In this document: positions 14,373 to 26,450 of the stretch, piece by piece
Numbering within the stretch: position 1 is the stretch's first letter
Layout: each line of letters begins with the position of its first letter
From: Octopus sinensis
Taxonomy: Eukaryota
DNA: 64,000 bases
Direction of reading: 5' to 3'
NCBI RefSeq assembly: GCF_006345805.1
Contig: NC_042998.1
Span: forward strand, 125,178,001 to 125,242,000
The notes under the pieces: generated by a model
What the model was told of the DNA's origin: nothing
Databases searched by the model: none
Seen by the model: the letters and a program-made list of their open reading frames with translations, nothing else
Translations under genes and position numbers: made by a program

Positions 14373-14605
14373 AAGGCGGCGAGCTGGGAGAAACGTTAGC
14401 ACGCCGGGCGAAATGCTTAGCAGTATTTCGTCTGCCGTTACGTTGTGAGTTCAAATTCCGCCAAGGTCGACTTTGCCTTTCATCCTTTCGGGGTCGATAA
14501 ATTAAGTACCAGTTACGCACTGCGGTCGATATAATCGACTTAATACCTATGTCTCTCCTTGTTTGTCCCCTCTATATTTAGCCCCTTGTGGGTAATAAAA
14601 TAATA
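14373..14605 (+). mobile_element. SINE family A copy (long-tail variant)
   Basis: ggcggcgagctgggagaaacgttagcacgccgggcg...ccccttgtgggtaataaa. Confidence 0.85.
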
Positions 14606-14779
14606 GGTATATACATACGTACGTGTGTGTGTGTATGTGTGTGTGCGAGAAATAATTGTATTTTTCTCCCGATATCAATGTGTTTATGGGAAGGGGTTTA
14701 TTAAAGCATAATTCCTCAGATTTATACTATTTCCATTTGACCGAGGACTCGCAGAACCTATCAACCATGTAACACAAGA

Positions 14780-15300
14780 AGTATATATACATATGATGTT
14801 CTGGTGATCTGATGAGCCATTTTTCTATATTGCATTGATTTGTTGAATATGCTGATTGTTGAATGGTTGCATTGCATAATGTCGAGCATGCATATTATTT
14901 CAAATATATGAGCATAATTTTCTTCCACAATGAATTTATTTTATTCCTGCATGAAGAAGGTTGCAAAATGGTTGTAGTCCTTAGAATGTCGTGTGGTTAA
15001 ATAAATATATTCACCTCTCATATCTCCTAACGTTTTATGGTTTATATACTCCTCATGAAATAATTTCATCGATTGGTTCTTCTGGATATCAGTTGTACGG
15101 ACACTCAACATATACACTTCCCAGATCTGTATTAGAGAACTACGTGGACTGCTAGCTGAGTCCTCTAGAGGAGCTTTCTGTGTGATAGCCATGCGATTCT
15201 CTGAATTGATATCTTACACTGCAAATATATATATATATGCCAACTCTTTCCCATTTTCGCTTCGCAAGACATCAGTTCAACTGTATATTCTAACACACTA
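14780..15300 (-). mobile_element. Possible Tc1-like transposase remnant
   Basis: Weak FMQ(D/E)N-like and WLIRSPE (cf. WPPRSPD) motifs on minus. Confidence 0.3.
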
Positions 15301-16041
15301 TTGTTTGCACATTCCTGAAATATCTCACCGACTTCTTCATACAACCTTCTAACCTTAGAGACAATAAATGAAATGGTTGTCAACAGTGGGCAAACTCAAA
15401 TGTGGAATAATAAAGTAGTGAACAATCGTGGGAACGAATAAATCATGACATATTGTTTAGCAGACAACAGTAAAAAAAAACTTAATAAAATAGTTTTTCA
15501 ACGCTAAACTACAATTTCTTGTACAGTGGAATAAACAGCTGAAGCAGTGTCTCAAGTGGATTTTCTTAAGACAACATAATGAAACAATAGAGTCGAAAAA
15601 TATTTGATGGGAAGTGAGGTGTGTAATTGTGATTTCAAGGGAAGTAACTTAAAATCTGATAAATTATTTCCCCTCTCCTAATGCATAATTTTTATGTGTT
15701 GTCATTTTTATGTCCCTTTTATTTGTTTACAAAATTATCTCCATAAGGTTTTTAAATCAACGAAATAAGACAAAATTAGTCAATGCTTCTTTTAACTGAA
15801 CTCCTGACATTCTTCTATTAAAACCACCTTGATATGAAGAATCACATTTGCAGACGTGTTGGCATATCGACCCGACACCCATCCAAATGTTGACAACGAT
15901 AATTAAACTAAAGGATTATAATATCATTATTGTTGTCAATGCTTCGTCTTCTTATCTTAAAATAAAACTTCTACCATTTTAATTTGTCGTATGGCTGGGT
16001 GTTTCTAGCTTTAGCAATGTTTAATATATTGTAACACTAAG

Positions 16042-16225
16042 CCGGCGAGCTGGTAGAATCGTTGGCAGGCCGGGCAAAATGCTTAGCGGCATTTCGTCAG
16101 TCACTCTGTGCCCTTCACCCTCTCGGAGTCCATCAAGTGTATACCAGTTGAGTACTAGAGTCGATGATGCAATCGACTTGCCCCATCTCCCGAAACTGCT
16201 GGCCTTGTACCAAAATTTCAAACCA
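16042..16225 (+). mobile_element. SINE family A copy (internally deleted)
   Basis: Family A head and tail. Confidence 0.7.
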
Positions 16226-16579
16226 ATATGTAGCAACAGTCACACTTTCTTTTCAATAACTTTCTTCTGTTTTGCATCTTCAGACACAAGCTTAAGAATC
16301 GAAAGATCTAGATTCTTAAGCTTCTGAGTTCAAATGAAGGCATCGTAGTATTACTCTTCAGCAATAGATTTCTGTGTAACACAAACTTTCAGTGAATCGT
16401 TTTAAGTTGAAAATTAAAGTTCTCAGTATTATTACCATAAGCTCTATCAATGCGTTGACTGTAGAATGCCGACTACAGGGAGAATCACATATTACGAAAC
16501 GAATTGTAGGGAGATTTTCAAAAGTAGGCCTTACCAAATACATCACACGTTTTGCATGTCCGCATGTATTAAAGTATCT

Positions 16580-16895
16580 TTTTTATCTTTTACTTGTTTC
16601 AGTAATTAGACTGCGGCCATGCTGGGGCATGGCATTGAAGAATTTTTAGTCGAATGAATCAACCCCAGCACTTACTTTTCAGCATGATTGTCAAGCGATG
16701 GTGGGGGACAAATATAGACACAAAGGTACACACACACACACACATATATATACGACGGGCTGCTTCCAGTTTCCGTCTACCAAATCCACTTTCAAGACAT
16801 TGGTCTGCCCGAGGCCGTAGTAGAAGACATTTGGCCAAAGTGTCGTACAGTGGGATAGAAGCTGGAATCATGTGGTTGGGAAGCAAGCTTCTTTA
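16580..16895 (-). mobile_element. SINE family B copy
   Basis: Reverse-complement similarity to 3964-4424. Confidence 0.75.
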
Positions 16896-17131
16896 TTTCA
16901 TGAAATTTCCATAAAGGCAGTACACAGATGGGACGAACAAGGACAGACAAACACAAAGGGTGGAGAAGCTGCTTATTAGTTAAGAATTAATGTTCGTATG
17001 AATGATATGATTACAGATGTAATTTTAAAATTTATTTACATAAATATTGTTGCAAAAAGCAACAATTTGCCTCGGAAAGAAAGGAATCCAACCATCTGGG
17101 AAGAACCTTTGCTTTCTACTACTGACCCCAC

Positions 17132-18643
17132 TTACCTGGTTCCGGTCACTCTCAACTTGCTTGCTACAAGCTTCCATCTTTTTACAAATGTACTCAATGA
17201 CAGGCACCTCTTCTCCAGCCTGATCTTACTTATGATGGGGTAAAATCAAAAAAGTTTCCCAACCCCTGGCCGGAGACGGATGTACCTGTCACTATCCCTC
17301 TTACACGCGTCTTCCATACTGTTTCTTTCGGTATGGCTACTACGCAGAAAAAAACAAGCCTTCCTTTCCCTGATAAAGGAGGAAGATGGCACAATCAGTC
17401 CCTTCAATTCCGGACACTCCACAAATGCGTGCAAGACGGTTTCCCTGTCCTGCCCGCACCTCAGACATGTCGGCGAGACGGCACTTCCGTGCCTTGACAG
17501 TTTGCCTCGAACAAGTAACGCCGCACAGAAGCACTGCCAGGGATTTCTGGTAATTATCCAGATACCCCGGCCCGAACGTTCTCCTGAACATGTTGATCAA
17601 CTGATTTTTCATCGTAGCCCAGGGTCTCCCCCAAGGCGTCTTTGGACATAAATCTCACTAACCTACTATAAAAATCCGTGGCGGTACTCCTGCTGCCGGC
17701 ATTGCCCGCCCGAGAGAATAGCTGGAGTGTCAGCCTCCCATTCTAGGTCTCTGTTTGATCCATGCTCCAATGTTCGTTAAGGACGTTAAACGCAGAAAGT
17801 AGAACCGGACGTGCGGCAACCACACCTGCTCCCCATCCAGGTAAAGCCAGAGGTGCCTCAACCTTAACGCGAGTTTTCGCATCTTCAGCCAAGGCATCCT
17901 TAACCCACCCTTTAGCGGTTTCAGGCAGCAGACAGAGTGCTTCACAAGCGACTTTCCTCCCTTCCACTGATGCTATAAACATCTGCACCACCTCTGCCTT
18001 CACTAGCAAGGATAACGCCCGCCCAGACCAGGTCTGGGTTAGAGCAGTCATCCTACTGGTTAACTCACTCCAACGTTTCTCTTTCTGGAGGTCCGGACCA
18101 AACCAGACTCCGAGCAGCTTAACAGGACCTTCCATCCAAGGCCCGGCGATGTTATTGGACCTCATCGGCTTGCCCCTCCAGGTGCCGAGTTGCAAACCGA
18201 CTGACTTGTCCTTGTTAACCTTTGCTCCTGCCACAGCCTCGTAACTTTTGATGGCCTCTTCCACCATTGGAACCTGGCCCTCATCCGCCACGATGATGGA
18301 GATGTCATCCGCATACGCCGTAGCTCCTCTTCCACACCACAGATCATTCGGTACGCCCCCTAGTACCTCCAACTTCCGCAGCAATAGCTCAAGAGCCAAC
18401 ACATACTGAAGCGGGGACAGGGGACACCCCTGACGCCCAGCACCTCGATCACCTCCATCGCCACTAATCATGATTTTCTCAGCCATTCAGGAGACGCGAG
18501 AAGGTTTGTAGACTGTCCAACTTGGTCCCTGTAGCAACCATCACATGTATATCGTGTGATCTGAGGTCGTCGAGGAAACAAGCCTGCTTCCACTTCGAAC
18601 TCAGACCGCGCACATTCAAACAACCAAGATTAAATAGGGTCAT
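17132..18643 (-). pseudogene. Tx1-like ORF2 remnant: APE N-terminus fused to RT C-terminal half, plus zf-RVT region
   Basis: MTLFNLGCLNVRGL (ATG 18643) ...GDRGAG|RQGCPLSP...YADD...LGVWFG...PGYLDNYQKSL...HAFVEC...KRWK...TGTR* (stop 17132). Confidence 0.88.
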
Positions 18644-18662
18644 TATATAAAAAGCAAAGGTC

Positions 18663-19914
18663 CTACTTACCCTTTACTGGAGAGGTTGGAGCCGATTTCA
18701 TCATACCTGAAGTGACCACTTCCTTCTCCTCCTTTTTCAGATAGCTGGGCAGGTCCACAATCCTCCATATGGCTGTTGGATTCCTGTCCTTCAGTTGCCT
18801 GTATAGGGTTTCCCCTATCCAGGAACATTGTTTATTCAAATCCTTATGTACATGATAAAGTTTGGTGGTGAGAGGGTGTGTCACTAGGATACGACGGATA
18901 TAATCGTGCTTAGTATCATATTCCATATTCCACTGGTATTTTTTCTCTGTGGGGACAGCTGGGCGGGGTCTTTTTTTAAATCTCTGTGGTGTTGTGTCTG
19001 TTTTACCTCCATGGTATCATCTGGGGGAGTTGCATTTCTGTTTTCAGATGCCTCAGGTTTCAGGGGAGTGGATATTTTTATTTCTGTAGGAGCTTGTGTG
19101 TGTAGGGGTTGCTATTTTTTTATTTCCAATGTCCTGTTTGGGTATTGGCACCGCAGCAAGAGGGAGCTTTTGTCTTTGTGGGGGTTGGTGCATGAGTGGG
19201 AGCGGGGGTATTTTTTGTGTTTGAAGGGCCTAGTGTCTGCGTTTTTTTTTTCTCCTTTTTTTAAATCACAATCTGCCCGAATGTGGCCCTTTTTGCCACA
19301 TTCGAATCAGGTGGGTTTTTTCCCTTCGACAGAGATTCTCAATACAATATTCACATCCACGAGTACTCGGTTTGGAAGCATTTCAATGTCTTCCTGGGCC
19401 CCCTGAATGATGCTCTGCCCGAGCCAATTCTGCAGAGCAGCCCTGTTAAACAACAGGGCGGCCATCACCTCTCTAGGGTCTACTTCTAGTGGCACTTCTG
19501 TCACCTTTACACGAGAAATCCTTCTTCCCATGTAGGTTGACAGAAGCACCACATCTTCTGTTTTCAGGGGGCTCACAGAGTACCCGCGGGCCTTCTCCTC
19601 AGACGCGAACCGCACCTCAACGATGCCATACATCTTGCCCCTCGCAATATACGCTACCTCCTTCCAAATCGGGGCATGACATTTTCCAATTTTCTCTTTT
19701 TCGAAATGTTTAAATCGTTTGTTTCTTGGACAGAACGATTTAAATATTATTGTTTTTCGGTCCATCTCAACCATCATAGAGGAGGGTGATATTTTTATAT
19801 CCCCATCCTCCTCTTTCATTCTCTTGAAATATTCCTGTAGCTTCTTTACAGGAAAATCAATGTTTCCGGTTGCCACAGCGGCAACTGCCGAAAACTTTCT
19901 AACAGGGTAAGCAT
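18663..19914 (-). pseudogene. Tx1-like ORF1 (disrupted)
   Basis: GIVEVRF...TYMGRR motif; knuckle with a stop in place of the first Cys (EGKKPT*FECGKKGHIRADC); C-terminal piece 18663-18926. Confidence 0.85.
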
Positions 19915-22752
19915 TACTCTCTTCGAGTGTGCATTTTTCATGAATAATTAATTACACAAGAAAATATAACAAAAATCGGTTTTCCACAAGAAAAACCTAT
20001 ATTTTTCGGAAAAAAAACAGTTTATAAATGTTTTAACAATAGTTCAAATCCTGCCCCGCAGGGAGCGGTGCACAAAAATACAGTCTAACAAGTCCAATTT
20101 TTTTTTTTTTTTTAAATATTTTGTTTAAAAATTGCCACAATGGCTACAAAACGAAATAACAATTTCTATCACCCGTACACAGGGCAACAGCACAAAGTTC
20201 AGCAAAAATAACAATCCAAAAATACAATAAGTCCAACAGTAACAAGTTCAATATAAAACGATAAAAATTCCTTATGGATCAAAAACAACAATGACCTGAA
20301 GCAAGCTTCTTGCGACACATCCACGCCTGCGCCTATTTATTGGTTACAATAATCTGACGTGTATTTGACAGATATGCAGGGTGCGGCTCAAAAATCTAAT
20401 TTACCATTTTTTTATAACCGTTTCAATAGCAAACATACGATAAACATCGATCCAAACAATTATGGTAAATAAAAAGGAAAACATTAGCTACATAAAGACT
20501 CCAGTATCACCCACCTAACTTCAAAAGGCATATAAAGTATAGGAGGTTTTCCTGGACACACACACATATATATGCTTCGTCGGGGGCTTATATGCCTCAA
20601 TATTAGACTATTTCCTTTAGTCAATACACGGTGATCGCTTATAAGCCTTAAAACTTATATTATTATTATTATTTACAGAATTGTCGCTCGTTACCGTTTA
20701 TATACGTTCCATATATAAAAATGGAACGTAATAATATGGTGGTGGACATAGTTACATACAGCGACCGCTCAGGTAGAATCAGTGCCTAAACCCTGTCATT
20801 TAGTGGGAAAGTGTAGACCAACTGAAAAATAATCGGCTATAAGCGAATTATCGGTCGATCTGATGTAGTTATAATAGAACAAAAGTATAAATAGGTCTGG
20901 TTATACATTTATTGTTATACTAATGTGTGTGTGCGTATGTGTGTGTGAAATTAGATGCTGTACCAATGTAAAATTTCTGATTATTTTGATAAACCTATTT
21001 ATGGTACTATTAGAAAACATTGTATCACCGTTTGAGAAACCAGCAGAAGACTCTTTAGCTAAAGAGAAAAATTGCCCTGGAGTTCCGCAGATCCAATACA
21101 ACGAGTTTCCTAAGAAGGTATATAGGCATATTCCTGATTTCTTACGATAGTGCAAGACCTTAAATCTAAACTTGGGTTGTTGTAATATTAGTCAGATATC
21201 TTTATACAAGTCTGGCATTTATTTATTCACCATAGATGACTGTAAAACAAAAAACAGTGTATCCGACTGGAGACACTTTTGTTAAGCAAACGACTTGAGA
21301 TGAGAAAGTCGCGAATGGCACATTATTGTATCGCTTACCTGATTTCCTTTCAGTTAACTTGTCCCTATGTGAGAAAATCATTGTTAGCAGTGAAAAGCGA
21401 ACTCGCTAACGACCGAGAGATAACTTTCCAATGAACTTAACCCCTAACTAGTTTCGATAGTTGGAGATACTGAGATATTTTATTTCATTTACACTACTAA
21501 TGCCATTGGTTTTTTAAAAAACGAACATCAAATCTTATAATTTCTTCATACCCAATAAATTTCAAGTATTGTGTTTATGCCAGAAATCATTTAGAGTGAT
21601 GTGGGTGATAGCGCAGAAGTTGGTGAGCTAGTGAGTTTCGACTTTGAAGTTGATAAAATAAACACCAGTATCATATCGGAGTAGATTCAATCGATAATGC
21701 CTCCCCCTTTACAAAAAGAGGTTTTCTGTCTAGTCAGAAGAAACCATTATGTTAACAATTATTATATGATTATTAAGTCGCACTTGATTGGTCTTTGTTA
21801 ACCTGAATCTGATAACCTGATGTCTCTCTTGTATTATTACTTTTATCGTTTTCATTTGGCTATTTATTGATTTATCGTCCGGAACAAACTGATACTAAAC
21901 GGCTTTTCATGGGTGGGGTTGATTTGACAGATCAATACCAAGACTGTTGTAAGTATTAATTTTTAATATCTTTGTTCAGATGATTTTTTTATGTAAACAT
22001 TTGAATTAATTAAAATGCGATTTCAATTAATTGTAATCTCCTTAAGTAGATATACAGGCAAGAAGGAAGGCAGGAAGGATGGAGAAAAGGAAACCTATTC
22101 ACTGAAGAATCAATCCTACGTTGAAATTGCACAAATATTTGAGAAAAATAATTGTTAATGATAGTCTCTATATTTAAGTTAAACTATAAATGTCAAACAA
22201 TCTCCCTTTCTTCCCCTTGTGAAAAACAATCAGCTTCAACAGAAATCATCATTATAGTATCTAGTTTGCTTTTGGTTTTTGTTTTTTTTATGTGTGCTAT
22301 TTAGTTCAAATGTTCAAATTATGCTTAGCTTATTTTGCCTTTCATACCCCTTAGATCTATGAAATAAGTATCAGTATTATATGAGATCAATTAAATGAAT
22401 TGCATCCTTCTCTACAAATTTGTGACGGATTCGCTAGAATCCAAGGAAACTAAAATCGTTTGCGTCAACAAGGATCTATATTTTTGATAAAGCGCTCTAC
22501 TATAACATTAAATATTTCATCTCGTCAAGGCCACATAGCATACCTCATTCTTTGGATTTCACTGTATTTTAGATTTGTAAGCATCTAATCCAGCTCCTCT
22601 TTGTGCCTGATTCTTTCAGGCCCATGGAAATGAAAGCTTAAATCTCACTATGGATAAAAAAAAAACTGGAACTCAGAAACACAGGCTAGCTTGACTTTCT
22701 GTTCCTATTCTTTCTATCATATTAGTCATCAAACTACTTCATCTTACTCTCT

Positions 22753-23612
22753 GTTTCTTTATTTTGGCACTACGGCCACAACACAGAGGGGACACTACAA
22801 AGACAGACACAACACCACAGTGGGGACAAAAAACATAAAAACGAATGAAAATGAGATGTTATATAAAAATGAAAAATGAAATGGCTGCATCGGCCCCACT
22901 CCCATGCAGTACCATTTGAACGTTTATATAAACTATTTACAATCTTTCTGTTTTCTTATTGTTTTTTTCTTAATCGTCGTTTTTTCCTCTTTTTATAAAA
23001 TGAAGCAATTTTACTTCTTCTTTCTACAATAAAACAATTTTACTTTTTTTTGTTTTTTAATATCTCACGAAAGGTTCTAGATCTTTTAGGTCCACTACGG
23101 GTGACAATTCACCAAACTCCACCATCACTGGCGGGTTAATCCCTTCTCCACACATGTCTTTTAGTCTGTTGTGCGTGTCCTTGTCAACCACTATGGCCAT
23201 CACATTCTAGAAATACACATCCGTGGGCAACTTTACTCTTATAATATGTTTAAACTTTAATACTTTCTTTTCAGTTTCTTTGCCTTTCGCGTACGTCACA
23301 AAATTCCATCTAAATTTTCTTTTTCTTGTTTGTTTTCTCTTTTCCTGCTCCGCTCCTGGTACCTTCTCCTTTTTTCCCTCCACTCTGAACAGTCTCTCCA
23401 CTTGCATTTCTAAATTTTCTTCCTCCTCCACTGGAACAACCGGTGTCTTCACCAATGTCTCCTCCTTATGCAACTCCTCCTCGAATACTTCTTCAAATTC
23501 CTTTTCGCTTTCTTTATCCACCACCATTTTGTCTTCCTTCCTTCTGGTCGCCTCCTTTTTCCACCTCTTCTTTCTTCTTTTTCTGCTGCTCTGGCGGAGA
23601 GCTCACTCTCCC
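22753..23612 (-). mobile_element. 3' half of a second ORF1-only (HAL1-like) element: ORF1 linker, C-terminal domain and 3'UTR
   Basis: ORF 23207-23527 plus read-through ...KFKHIIRVKLPTDVYF*NVMAIVVDKD...PFVRY* (stop 23057) aligns without gaps to the 28375-28640 frame; 3'UTR ends AATAAAGAAAC. Confidence 0.75.
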
Positions 23613-23614
23613 AC

Positions 23615-26435
23615 TTTGGAACAGACTGGCTAGCTAATTATCATCGAGACCTAGGGCCTCCCCTGAGGTATCGTCACATTCCGCCTCTACCAACCCTCTA
23701 GAGAAGAATGCGGTAAAACCACTACCACAGGCATTGCCCGAGCGACGGGAAACAGGAGAGCCTTGCGACACTCTGTGAACCATTTACGCAACTTCGATCT
23801 ACGATAGAACCAGGTTTTCCATCCACTGAAACTAGTGAACCTGGGAAACATCCGTTTCACCAGTAGAGACCACACCCGTTCACCATCCAGATGGAGCCAC
23901 AGATACCTCAACCTCAGCACTTGCTTGTGCATCATCAACCAAGGCATCCCTAGTCCACCCTTTAACGGTTGAGCGTCTCACAAGCGGTTTCAAGCTCCTC
24001 CACAAGAAGCGGAAGAGCTGTCTTTCCAGCCTGATCAACCACGAATCTGAGCAAGGAACGACGGTTAGGCGGTAGGTGACGACCGATGCGATGAACACAT
24101 TGGCCACCTCCGCCCTCCTTTCAGGGATAGCCCCCGCCAAGACCAGGTCTTGGCTAAGTGGGCCACCTTGCTCGCTACCTCGGCCCAGTTCTTCTCTATT
24201 TGGAGGCCTGATCCGAACCAGACTCCTAGCAACTTAATCGGACCATCCGTCCAACGTCCCACGACGCTGTCAGGAGGCATAGACTTGCCTCTCCAGGTGC
24301 CGAGCTGCAAGCCGACTGACTTTTCACGATTAACATTTGCTCCTGTCACCGTTTCGTATTCCTCAGTGGCCTTGCCTACCCTCTGTAGGTGATCCATTTT
24401 GGTTACGATGATGGTGATGTCATCCGTGTACGCTGAAACCGACTCTCCACAACCTGGCTGTCTCGAGATGCCGTTCAGTTTTCGCAGCAATGGCTCAAGA
24501 GCCATCACGTACAAAAGCGGGCGGAGAGGACACCATTGACGTACCGAGCGTTTGATGCTGAACGGCTCACAAAAAAAGCGGTTCACCTGAACTACCGAGT
24601 CGATGCTGGGACAAATTTTAATGATCCACCCGAGGAAGCCAAGACCCAGGCCTAACTGTGCCAGAACGGACACCAAGTAATGATGGTCGACCCTATCATA
24701 TGCCTTTGATTGGTCTAAATGGACCATTGCCCCTCCCTTGCCAGAATCATTATTAAACCCCTCTAAAATGTACCGTAGATGGAGATTATTCTGAATGGTT
24801 CTGCCGGAAATGGCACATGTTGTGCCTCTCCGATCAAACCCTCCGCGACACGCACCAATCTTTTCGATAACACTTTGGCCAAAATTTTCAACTGTGTGTT
24901 TAGCAGAGTGATGGGCCGAAAATTACCAATGCAGTCCTCCTTGTTCGGGTCCTTTCTGACAAGTGTCGCCACTCCCCGGCGCACGGATCTGGGAATAAAC
25001 CCATTATGCTGCCAGTTCCCGAAGACATTCGCCAGCAGGTGCCTGAACAAGTCTGGCATACTCTTATACAACTCATAGGGTAGACCATCCAGTGCCGGCG
25101 CCCTACCCGTGCCACAGTCTGCCATAGTCTCAATTACCTCCTCGGGCATGATCGGCCCTTCACAACACTCCGCGTCCTGCCCCGAGAGTCGCGGCAGCCC
25201 GGCGAGGAAGTCCGTTAGGTCCCTCCTACTGTCAGGTCTGCCATTTCCCCTGAAAAGCTGGGCGAAGTGCTCCTGAAATGCTTCACATATCTCCTCGGGC
25301 TCGTTTATCAACTTACCTCGTTGGTTTGTCAAAAATCGAATTGTGCCACCGTTTCCACGCTGGGCTTCCACTATTCGGGCCCATCTTGCAGCCTTGATTC
25401 CTTCACAGCTCACTGCACGAAGCCTAGCCCTGACAATACAGCCCATGTGTTGAGCTTCGCGGTGCTGGTTTAACGCCAGTCTCTAAGCCGTCACCTGAGC
25501 CGCAGAGCCAGTTTCCATTGATTCCTCTAAGTCCTTAGCTAATGCTAATCCCTTTCTAGTCTCACTAGCCACTAAACCTATGCTATATCTAATAGACTTG
25601 AATTTAATGACTCGCTTGAGGGCATACCACCATTTATTATTAATAATGGACCCGGTTAATACCCCTAAATCAGTAACTTAATCCAGTCTCTGTACTCCTT
25701 ACTCGCCAAAAGGGACGTATTAAGTTTCCAGTAGCCAGATACTCTATTATATAGCTTATCTATGTTGAGCTTATAGGTGACCCTTTTATGATCACTGTAG
25801 CTGACCGGGTAGAACTGTGGACACCTAGCTATATTCTTATCTGCAGGAAGATCCGTCGCTGCTTGACCATGCCCACAATGGAGCGTTCGGAAATTCCAAC
25901 CTATATGGATCTGCTAGTTCATAGCGGCTTAGCAGATCCTGGAAGCAAGGATTACGTTTCCTATCAGAGCGCGAGCCAACATAATCTACGCGTGCATCGC
26001 AGATTGTGTTCAAGTCTCTTGTCACAACTAGAGAATGTGAAATACCGAGGAACTTCTCTAGGTTCAGAAAATACTCATTTTGCCCAGCTTTGTTGGGTGC
26101 ATAAATTGCAACTAGTCTGATGATCTTACCACGGCTGAACGTCAAGTCCATGACGACCAACCTAACTTCTGGATCTACAAAAATCAACTTTTTTCTCAGA
26201 AACCCGGTTTCTTTTTAACAGGACTAACACCGCTCTTCCGCCAGTAGGACATCCTGGATAGAAAAAAACTCTCGTAGCCATCCAATAGCGGGAGATCTCT
26301 TGGTCCCCTTAACCGGGTTTTCGTAGCAACAATGACATCCAGCTTACGCAGCCTGATGTCATTAAGGAAGCGACTTTGCTTCTAGCCTGACACCAAGTTA
26401 CGCACATTTACATAACCAATATGAATGCAAGCCAT
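23615..26435 (-). pseudogene. Tx1-like LINE ORF2 (APE endonuclease + reverse transcriptase), disrupted and truncated before the C-terminal zinc finger
   Basis: ATG at 26435 MACIHIGYVNVRNL (APE start); IRLVAIYAPN; RAPALDGLPYELY; NFRPITLLNTQLKILAKVL; LDQSKAYDRVDH; RQWCPL; YTDD; LGVWFG. Homology stops at DDN*LASLFQ (~23615). Confidence 0.92.
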
Positions 26436-26450
26436 CTGCCTACCTTGGTA

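Larger units (their letters stand above)
17025..20347 (-). mobile_element. Internally deleted Tx1-like LINE (~3.3 kb) retaining 5'UTR, ORF1, fragments of ORF2 and 3'UTR
   Basis: ORF1 and ORF2 motifs below; AT-rich 5'UTR to ~20347; 3'UTR with AATAAA near 17032-17037. No TSD found, so ends are approximate. Confidence 0.85.

Noticed and set aside
17025-20347. TSD for the 3.3-kb Tx1 copy (also for the 54.3-kb copy)
   Set aside because: Looked at both flanks; no direct repeat longer than about 6 bp found, so none is claimed.
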